A DNA stretch of 32,344 bases, filler included, from Vicugna vicugna (lineage: Eukaryota), in NCBI GenBank assembly GCA_013265495.1. It is 2 parts of 2 records of this genome, joined end to end, with 100 filler letters (N's around TTAATTAATTAA, not from the genome) between each part and the next. Parts side by side here need not be neighbours in the genome. Positions count along the whole stretch, not along the records: positions 1 to 17,209 come from MU062907.1; positions 17,310 to 32,344 come from MU058781.1. One strand, written 5' to 3'. Made by a program: the position numbers and the translations under genes. A model generated the notes under the pieces. The model saw nothing but the letters and a program-made list of their open reading frames with translations. It was not told the origin of the DNA and ran no database searches. Shown here piece after piece: positions 11,928-20,606 of the stretch (its first letter is position 1; each line of letters begins with the position of its first letter).

Positions 11928-13505
11928 TGTTCTTCTTACATGGAGGGTGGCAAAGGAGAGGGCAGTGGTGGCTTAGGCAAGCCAGGTCCCCTCTGGATTG
12001 GGAAGAGGAATTGACACTCTGGCTGCTCTGTTATCTCGCCATACTGGCGGAAGGCGTAGTATGAGAAGCATCACCTGTCCAGGAAGGGTTTGGGATTCAA
12101 TCGTGGGACTTCCGCTCAGCCTGTGCTCTCGCTCCCAGCCCCAGCAAGGTCTCACAACGTGGACCCCCAACAAACAGGCTCTCCTTTGCACCTTCAAACA
12201 AATGTTCCCTTTGGAACCGTGAAGCTGGCTACTTCCATCCTCAAGTCTGTATTAACATCCAAAGAGTCAGTGTGAGGAACCCTCAGGAGAACCCAGAACA
12301 CCAGCCTGCAGAACTGTAGGCATTCATCAGTGTACACTAGGTGTTCCAGAAGTGTTTCTGTGTTATTCTGTAATCGAAAAAAAAAGCAAACTCCGGAAAA
12401 TCAAATACTTTATTGCTTTACTTAGTAATGTTCCCCATCAGTCTCCCGGCACCCTAATCTTTTGTAAGCAGGTCTCCAAGGAAAAGCTCCAGGTGTCATC
12501 CTTGTCCTTGTCCATCTGTTCCTCAGGAAGCTGGGGGTGGGTGGTGCGGGGCCTCGGTGGCAGGACTGAGAGCCACTGACCACCACCCACCCCCACCCCA
12601 TCCATCCCTTTCACTCTGAATAGCGCATCACGGCCACGGGCAGCGGGGATTAACCAGAGTGAAGAAACACAGAGAAAGTAAGAAAACAAAGGGCGAAAAA
12701 GGAATAATGGAGGAGACATAGATGCTGGGGAAGGCACAATTCTTTCTGTAGTAACTGGAGATTCCAAATCACCAATTCAGCCACGTGACTTCAAGAGTTC
12801 CAGTAAATTTGTGGGAGCAATGGGATGAAATATGTAACATTAATACAGGTGCTACCTGCTGAGAATTTGGGCCAGTGGTCTCCAGAGCTGAAAGCACATT
12901 TGAAAACTTGTATTTGTTTTTATCTCATCATCATTCAGTTTCTTCCCTGTGTACGTTTTATGATATCCGTGATCTAGCGATACAGTAGCACACGTATATA
13001 AGTCATAAATAAATAAATATACCTATATGGGAGAGGGTGTGCACAAATATTTTCAAATGGCCAAAAGAGCTTGGAGACCGCCTGTCAATGACAAAAACCA
13101 TTAAAGATCCATCATCCCATCTAGCAAGGCCTGGGGGCCTCACCAGGGACCTTTGCCAAGCTGGCTTTACGTAGAAGGAAAAGGCAGCTGTCATCTAAGG
13201 AAGCCCCTCTCCCAGCTAATTTTTTAAGTGCCTCAGGTCCTTTTAAAAGGTAAAATCACCTGCATTTTGGGACCGTCACTATTTAAACCCCCAACCAGCC
13301 TCTACGGAAGTCATATCATTCCGGCCCGCCCTATGCGGTCGTGGCCACTGGAAAGGCAAGTGGAATTGGAAAGCTGCCCGTGCCCTGCTCATCAAGTCCT
13401 GTGCCCAGAGCTGGGTGCACCTGCCCCAGGCAGGGGAGCCCTCTGCTGTCAGAGAGGCATTGTATAGATTCACAGCAGCCCTGTTTCTTCTTTTTTTTTT
13501 TCCCC

Positions 13506-13511
13506 TTTATT
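13506..13511 (-). promoter_or_regulatory. ARHGAP25: Candidate distal polyadenylation signal (AATAAA)
   Basis: TTTATT on + strand, downstream of the stop in gene orientation. Confidence 0.45.
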
Positions 13512-13529
13512 TGAATATAATTTTCTAAT

Positions 13530-14142
13530 TGATTCTGCATTCATAAATACAGTTTATTGCTTGTTTTGTCTTTGTGTGATACTAGTTCTGAGTCTCCAAG
13601 CCTGGAGAGTGTGCATCACAGTGGGGGTCGCAGAATGGGGTCCTGACTTCAGCAGGTGCAGCCCCTCAAAACACGGCCCACCCCTGCACCCCACTCGAAA
13701 GCTGAATATCATTTGTTGCCCCTGTGTCTCAGAGGCCATCTTTCTAGGTGAGTTGTTCCACACAGGAAACAAAGAACTAACGCCTCCATCCAGCCTCTGT
13801 TGGGGGCAGTCTGTGGCCTGGGCCCTGGGATGTGGCCTGCTTCAAAGTCTCCATTGGACACAGCTATCCAGCCCTGGGAGGTCCCTTCCACTTGGCCTGA
13901 GACCACCATCATGCAAGCCTTTGAAATACAGCCTCAGGGGCTCAGAGGTGTCCACACGAGTCCCTGCTCACCCTCATCTTCCTACAAACTCCACTGGTTC
14001 ATTCACTGGGAAATGGGATGCTCTCCCCACAAACGTCCTCTCCCTCCTGGGGAGCAATTATGTCTCCTGGTCATCAGCGGGCACCAAGAAAGGGCGCCGT
14101 GCTGGGTCCCTGCGGGCTGTCTCTGTGGTGCTGCTGGGACCC
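13530..14142 (-). other. ARHGAP25: ARHGAP25 3' UTR (3' end approximate)
   Basis: Lies between TGA (14145-14143) and the AATAAA signals. Confidence 0.7.
13553..13558 (-). promoter_or_regulatory. ARHGAP25: Candidate proximal polyadenylation signal (AATAAA)
   Basis: TTTATT on + strand about 585 nt past the stop, in an AT-rich context. Confidence 0.6.
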
Positions 14143-14350
14143 TCAAGCGTCTGCCTTGGGCTCCTTCATCGATTTGACAAACTCCTTGACTTCTTCTTCC
14201 AAGGCCTTGTTCCGCCTCTCCACGTCCTCCAGGGAGCGCTCCACATTGCGGAGGCTGATTTCCAGGGCTGCCGACTTCTTCTTCTCTGTCTCCAGTTCTT
14301 CACTGAGCCTCACCACCTTGGCCCAGACGTCATAGTTCTCCTTCTCGAGG
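14143..14350 (-). CDS. ARHGAP25: Rho GTPase-activating protein 25, terminal coding exon (C-terminal coiled coil, 68 full codons plus stop)
   Basis: LEKENYDVWAKVVRLSEELETEKKKSAALEISLRNVERSLEDVERRNKALEEEVKEFVKSMKEPKADA* matches the recalled human C-terminus (LEKENYDVWAKVVRLNEELEKEKKKSAALEISLRNMERSREDVEKRNKALEEEVKEFVKSMKEPKTEA). Acceptor ttctttcctttccttcctgtAG|C at 14352/14350; phase 2, consistent with N-L-E-K. Confidence 0.96.
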
Positions 14351-15040
14351 CTACAGGAAGGAAAGGAAAGAATGAGAGGACAGGGCGTAACCGCTAGACT
14401 CTCCCTCGGGCCTGGCCCACAACCTCCTTTGTCCGTTTCACTTTCCACATCACAAGACCCATCGCCAGCCCGTATCTCTTGGTTATACGCCCAGGAGGTC
14501 TGCCCGCTAAACCTGAATTCCCAGAGCCTGTCTGAACCCCTTTTGTCATGGAACATCCATCTCATGACATCTCTTGTGCTGTTTTTCAGGTCATTTTCTG
14601 TTTTGTAGACTCCACCACAACAAAGTCTTTGAATGAAGAGCCCGCCCCTGCTATTTGCAGCCCCACGGCCCTTGCACCTGTCCTGCTCAGTGGGAACTGA
14701 GGGCCTGCTGAACCCCATCCAGATTCCAGATTCCCAGCACCTGAGCACTCACGAGTGCCTTCTCATCCTGCTTCAATGGGGAGCACAGACTGACGTCGTC
14801 TCTCCTTCAGGCTCTTGGGGATCAAGATTTAGAGGACAGGGAACTGCCCGCTGGGAGCAATGGTCCTGCCTGTCTCATCCTCACTTCTGAATCCCGCTCC
14901 CAGTGAAGGATCTGTTGGGTTCCTGAATTCCCAGGATTTTCACTGGGAGCCCAGCCCTGCCTTCTGTCTTCAACGGCCTTGGCCCATTCTGCATATAACG
15001 ACCTCTCCCTAAAGCCTCACCTACCCTAGCCTGGTTCTTC

Positions 15041-15179
15041 TTTTCTTTAAATTTTTTTATTGAAGTATAATCAGTTTACAATGTTGTGTTAATTTCTGGT
15101 GTACAGCATAGTGATTCAGTTTTATATATACGTTCTTTTTCATTATAGGCTATTCCAAGGTATTGAATACAGTTCCCTG
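15041..15179 (-). mobile_element. 5'-truncated L1 3' end
   Basis: tttttttattgaagtataatcagtttacaatgttgtgttaatttctggtgtacagcatagtgattcag. Confidence 0.85.
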
Positions 15180-15367
15180 CACTGTTTCTTCTTCAAGCCA
15201 AATTAGTCGCAATCCTTCTGGCCCACCCATTACAAACCTAATTTCCTCCTCTGAGATCCCCCTATCCCTCTTGCTTTGGAGGAAATCTCCAAAGAGACAC
15301 TGTGCTAGACCTTGTCTGTGGCCTTAAGTGGAGAGGTTGAATCTGGGTGGGCCTGGGAGGCTGGCCG

Positions 15368-15555
15368 GCCGAGGTTCAAATCCCAGCCCCGCCGGTGAAC
15401 AGTTGTGCAACCTTCAGGAACCTTTTTATATTTCTCAAGCCCTTATTTCTTCTGTAAAGTGGGGGCATTCCCTGTTCTACAGGATTATTGAGGGGATTAT
15501 ATGAGAAGGTGTGCCTGAAACATGAAGCTTAGAGCAGGCATGGCAGACTGTTCAT
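15368..15555 (+). mobile_element. MIR SINE (degraded)
   Basis: ggttcaaatcccagccccgcc B-box-like head; tctgtaaagtggggg core. Confidence 0.65.
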
Positions 15556-15840
15556 TCTCCCCACTCTCCTGAGGATGGGATGCCCCCGATGGTGGATTCA
15601 AGAGACTCTGTACCCTTCAGCAGGAGAGGGCACCCTCATGGGCCCCCGCTCTGTCAATGACACCCAAGTTAGAAACTGGGAGTCTTCTCAAGCTGCTGTG
15701 GTCACCGCCAAGACATCACCCACGTCTCGGAGACTACAAACCATTGATCTCAGGTTCTTAGACAAAGGAGCTACGTGTGGCTTCTAGATGGCCACCTTCT
15801 GCAGGGAACAAAGTATCAGGACTCATCAAAGTCTTCCTTC

Positions 15841-16490
15841 TGTTAGAGCAGGCAGATAGCTAGATACGAGCAGAGAAAGGGGGACACAAACCAAATGGCA
15901 GGCATTGTGCAGAAAGGAGGGGCACAGGCCAAATGCAGGAAACCACACATCATGTGAGCAGCAGGGGTTCCTGGGCAGAGAAAGAAAAGCAAGGGTGGAT
16001 AAGGGATCATGCTTTTGGGAATGACAAGTGGCCTGGAGAAGAACAAAGAAAGGTAAGAAAAGGCAGGAATTTCCAGTGTCCGAATGTAACCTTTTGCTCA
16101 TTATGCCCTCATTTCAATAAACTCAGCCTTGCAGATTAGAAGTATCCATCATGCACTGACACCATGACACTTCCGATCCAGACTAAATAAGGACAAAAAT
16201 CCCTCCTCCCTTTGGGAAGGTGGGGTTGGGATGATAATCAGGGAATACGGCCCCAAACCCTTCCCTCCCCAATGAATATTCCACCCATTCATTTTTACAC
16301 CCTATGTAACTCACTTGCCGAAGAAACTCAGAGCAGCCGCTCACCTGAGCCTGCCCGCTCTCCCCTGAGAGTGTCCTGTCCATCCTTTAATAAGTCCTCA
16401 CTTTACTTTTTTTAACCACTACGTCTTGTCTCTGAATTCTTTCTGGCACAGGACAAGAACCTGAAACACCAGTTGCATCTATCAGCAACA
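15841..16490 (+). mobile_element. Solo ERV LTR (ERV1-like), 650 bp, antisense within the last ARHGAP25 intron
   Basis: TGTT...AACA inverted termini; perfect 4-bp TSD CTTC (15837-15840 and 16491-16494); LTR-like 3' part (gtcttgtctctgaattctttc...gacaagaacc). Orientation inferred from this layout. Confidence 0.88.
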
Positions 16491-16714
16491 CTTCCATGTA
16501 CCTGAGTCTCCACGGACCGAACAGTCCCCGTAATTTGAAAATCCCATTGGGTTCACATTTCACTGCCTTTCGAATAGCGTGAACATAGGCAAATCTGGAT
16601 TGAGGTTTCCTCTCAATGGAAGATGAGTGGTGTGGAAAAGATTTCAAGGAAATTGATCTACTCAAACGAGCAAATTGCGTCAAGAGCATCTTAGGGGTTT
16701 GTCTGAAACTGTGG

Positions 16715-16930
16715 CAACAGCTGAGTCACCGGCCCCTGCGTCTTGTTTGTCCCCAGCAACCTGAGTTTGAGGGACGTCAATGATGTGATCTGATGAAGCA
16801 TCAGGCAGGTGGGGGGCCCAGAAGCGATGCCTCACTCGGGCCTTCAGGTGGCTTACCGGCCCCCCCCTCCGTGCTCCCCCGGCAGCTCCTCCCCGGGTCC
16901 GCCCACCACCGCCCTTTCTCTGCATCAACA
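16715..16930. promoter_or_regulatory. Candidate intronic regulatory element
   Basis: AP-1 TGAGTCA 16722-16728; CRE-like GACGTCA 16773-16779; two CCGCCC boxes near 16899-16914; locally CpG-rich. Confidence 0.3.
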
Positions 16931-17209
16931 CACCGGACCAGGTCTCTTTCCGTGGCCTCTGCGCTTTGGTTCCCTCTTCCTGGCCTGCTCCTCCATCCCC
17001 ATCCCCACCCCCAACCCCAGTGTGGTCCTCCCTTGTTCCCTCCTCTCCTTCAGGCCCCTCTCAGTGCAGCCCTCCTCAGCCGCCCTATTTAACACTGGAA
17101 CCCCCTTCGTGAGCCCCCTAACCTCCTGCCCTGTTTTATGGCTTTCCATAGCATTTCCCACCATCCGTCATAGCACAGATTTTAATTACCCCATTCGTAC
17201 GATCTGCCT

Positions 17210-17309
17210 NNNNNNNNNNNNNNNNNNNNNNNNNNNNNNNNNNNNNNNNNNNNTTAATTAATTAANNNNNNNNNNNNNNNNNNNNNNNNNNNNNNNNNNN
17301 NNNNNNNNN
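17210..17309. other. Artificial scaffold spacer: 44 N + TTAATTAATTAA + 44 N
   Basis: Exactly 100 bp and symmetric; the 12-mer at 17254-17265 has stops in all six frames, as in pseudomolecule linkers. Confidence 0.9.
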
Positions 17310-17315
17310 CAGGCC

Positions 17316-17759
17316 TGTGATAGATAGCTTACTTTAAAAGGCAGACCTGTAAATATGATGTTATATGGCAAAGGACGTGATCATGGTAAGGCTCTTGAGA
17401 TGGGGAGGTTATGTTAGATTATCTGGGCGGGCACTCAGTGCAGTCACATTCAACTCTGTAAAAGGAAGGCAGGCGGAGATTTGACAGGCGATAGAGGAGG
17501 CGATGGGAAGACAACAGAAGGAGATCTGAAGATGCTGGCTTTGACATGTGAATGATGTGGCCACAAGCCAAAGCATGTTGGAGCCACCAGAAGCTGCAAG
17601 AGGCAAGGAACCATCGTCTCTAAAGCCCCTGGAGAGAGTGTGGCCCTGCTGACACCTTGATTTCAGACTTGTAGCTTCCAGAACTGAGAGCACATTCCTG
17701 TTCTTTTAAGCCACCAGGTTGTGGCCATCGGTTACAGCAGCTGTAGGAAATCCAACACA
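17316..17759 (+). mobile_element. MaLR solo LTR, MLT1D/E-like
   Basis: atgttatatggcaaagg; ccctgctgacaccttgatttcagac; ttaagccaccaggttgtgg; ends aacaca. Confidence 0.8.
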
Positions 17760-17934
17760 CCACCTCTCACCTGCATCACATCAGCCTCACAACTGACTTC
17801 TTGGAGTCTAGTCCTTGCCTCTCTAGTCCACCCTGCACACTTAATTTTCCTCAGTTCCTCTGCATGGATTTCAAAACTTTCCATAATCTTATCCTCTCTC
17901 TTACCAGCACAGCTTTAGTTTCCATTAGTAACAG

Positions 17935-18095
17935 TAACAGTAATGATAATAATCACTCGATTGGGGGCTTTTCTCATACTGAGCCTTTTATAGAGAGTAT
18001 TACAATTACATTGCAACAACCGCACTGAGGTTGACATTATTAGCCTGACTTTTCAGATGAGGAAACTGAGGCCCAAAGAAGTTAAACAGCTGCCC
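17935..18095 (-). mobile_element. MIR SINE
   Basis: ttttcagatgaggaaactgaggcccaaagaagttaa. Confidence 0.8.
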
Positions 18096-18136
18096 GTCTG
18101 AGCAGCACCTCTATGCTCTCAGCCTCCTGCTTTACC

Positions 18137-18274
18137 TTTTGTTTGTTTGTTTTGGGGGAGGGTAATTAGGTTTATTTATTTAATTATTTTTTAAAACGTT
18201 GGTACTGGGGATTAGACCCAGGACCTCGTGCATGCTAAGCATGCACTCTACCACTTGAGCTATACCTAGCCCCC
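18137..18274 (-). mobile_element. tRNA-Ala(AGC)-derived SINE, camelid Vic-1 type
   Basis: Minus strand reads GGTATAGCTCAAGTGGTAGAGTGCATGCTTAGCATGCACGAGGTCCTGGG, then taaataaacctaattaccctccccc and an A-rich tail; diverged flanking repeat tcagcc(t/a)cc(t/a)gcttta. Confidence 0.85.
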
Positions 18275-18770
18275 TCAGCCACCAGCTTTAGTGCTCCGTG
18301 TGTGTCCCCTGCCCAGGACACTAGCAGGACTGAGAGAGTTGCTCTCTCATCTGCTTGTCTAAAACTCCCCATCCTTCCAGACTCAGCGTGTGTACCACTG
18401 TCTCCATAAATCTCTTTTGAATACCCATCTGTCACCTGACTCTGAATTTCTTACACATTGTAGGTAGAATCTGTTTCACAAACTGTAGAAATTTGATTCA
18501 AGACATGTTATTGGAAAGGAATATATCATGTAGAGGAAGATTTAAAAAAACAAACCCACTCAATGATTCCTGACTCTGAGGATGCACTGATTCTTGTTAC
18601 TGAGATTTTCCTCCAGTTTTAGAAAGAATTAAGTCATTTGCTGGGGGAAGTAATGTGTCTAATTAGAAATTCCACTGGGCTGTACAGGTACCCCAACAGC
18701 ACATGTCTGGCATTATCTAGAAAATCTGATTCCCATGTAGCCTCTACATAGATGTTTTATCCGCCTAGAG

Positions 18771-19098
18771 CAGTGCTGTCTGTCCAATAAAAACACATTC
18801 TGAGTAACAAATGCAAGCCACTCATGTCATTTTGAAGTTTTCTAAAGTGACCATATTTTAAAAATTAAAAAGAAAGAAGTGAAATTCATTTTATTTTATT
18901 TAAGCCAATAATGTGTTTTGCTTAACTCAGTATATCTGAAATATTATCATTTCAGCATGTAATCAATATAGAAATTATTGATACATCTCTTTTTGGTATT
19001 GTGTTCAAAAATATGGGGTGAAATTTATAATTACATCAAATGGAAGCTTGGACTAGCCAAATTTCAGGTGTTCAACAACCACATATCAGATAATGCAG
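18771..19098. mobile_element. MER33-like hAT-Charlie DNA transposon
   Basis: cagtgctgtc...ccaata end; aatattatcatttcagcatgtaatcaatata; ggactagccaaatttcaggtg. Confidence 0.8.
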
Positions 19099-20101
19099 GT
19101 AGTGAATTACAACTTTTTTAGAAGGCCACGTTTTCAAGTTCTGTTCTTCTGTAAAGTATCCAATTTAAAGACAACAAAACGAAATGTTTTTACTTGATAT
19201 CTAAAGTATGTTCTATTCACTGTAGAAAGCTTGGAAACTACAGAATGTTACAAAGAAGATAAAACTCCCCAGTATCCCAAACTTCCAAGGTTTTTTCCTA
19301 AGCATAACTAAAAAAATATAACGTTTAAAAATTAGAAGCGTTGTTAGTACTATTTTGTAATGTTGTGGCTCAGAAACCTAGCCCGTCCCTGAAGTTCTCA
19401 GGTTGTCTCCTGTATGTTGGGTTCCTCTCCTCTCTAAGTAGATTTTAAACCTAGAAGACAGAGGTCATGTTTCATACCTTTTCTACACACCTCAGAAAAT
19501 ACGATTGAGCACACGAAACTCACTCAATAAACACTTGAATTAACTGAGAAAAAGTTAATTAATAAATATATATTGAGTGGGAGTGGCTTCTCTGATCTCT
19601 TAGTTAACAATAAACTGGATTTGAGAGTTGGACACACCCAGCAGAACACCTCACTTTAGTCTGGAATTATGCTCTGAACTTGGAGACAAGATCTTGCTTC
19701 TTACCAGTGGCCAAATTTGGGGTGATTCATGAAAGCTCTCCCAGCCTTCTTTTTCCAGCTGTATAGATGAGAAGCATGTGCTTAACTTATTCTTTCAACT
19801 CTCCCAGGGTCATGTGAGAACCAAATGAGGTCATATTCGAGTGACATAATACATACAACAGCAGCCTACAACATAAGGAAGTGTGTCATCATCCCTCTTT
19901 CTAACCTTGCTACACTGTGTGAAATGTACTCTGAATACTCTGAAAATCTGTCCCCAGCCCTGGTGGATTGCATCTGCTTCTTGGTAACACTAAGACTACA
20001 GACTCCAAATGACTACAATTTGTATTAGTTTTAAATCTTTAATTTTTAATAATATGTAGCTCCTCCTAGAATTGTAATCATATTGACACAAGATAGTTTT
20101 C

Positions 20102-20233
20102 AGGGGGGGAGGGAGGCAATTAGATTTATTTATTAATTTGCTTTTTTTTTTTTAAGAGGAGGTACTGAGGATTGAGCCTAGGACCTCATACATGCTAAGC
20201 ATGTGCTCCAGCACTTTGAGCTGTACCCACCCC
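20102..20233 (-). mobile_element. tRNA-Ala-derived Vic-1-type SINE (more diverged)
   Basis: ggaggtactgaggattgagcctaggacctcatacatgctaagcatg plus T-rich tail. Confidence 0.8.
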
Positions 20234-20416
20234 AAGACACCAATTTTTAAATCTTTAGTCATTGGTGCTAACTGCTAGTCCTTAGCCCCCTTAAATCATG
20301 ATTTTCTTATTCAAATTTAAAAAAATTCTTTGTGAATATCTCTAGAAAATACAAGGCCTGCTAAGGCTTCTAGCTTATCAATGTCTGAAATGTCTGAAAT
20401 ATAAATTTTTTTATAT

Positions 20417-20606
20417 TGGGGTTGACACATAAAATACAGAACACCCAGTTAAACTGAAATTTCAGATAAATAATAAATATGTTTCTAGTATAAGTATGTC
20501 CCAAATATTGCATAGATCATACTTAGACTAAAAACAGATTGTTAAGCTGAAACTCAAATTTAATTTGAGTGTCCAGTGTTATTATTCATTAAACCTGGCA
20601 ACTCTA
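20417..20606. mobile_element. MER53 palindromic MITE
   Basis: tggggttgac...ctggcaactcta ends; centre tagtataagtatgtcccaaatattgcatagatcatacttag. Confidence 0.85.

Noticed and set aside
1-13490. BMP10, the expected downstream neighbour of ARHGAP25 in human
   Set aside because: No BMP10 coding sequence recognised in the window
14143-14350. Processed ARHGAP25 pseudogene
   Set aside because: Similarity starts exactly at a canonical acceptor with a polypyrimidine tract, the frame is intact, and the A-run is short and genomic
13561-14397. 278-aa antisense ORF over the last exon and UTR
   Set aside because: No ATG in frame; part of its openness reflects being the reverse of coiled-coil codons
14143-16925. 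In-frame novel ARHGAP25 isoform from the 16857 donor
   Set aside because: Phase mismatch (0 versus 2) gives a stop after 6 codons of the last exon
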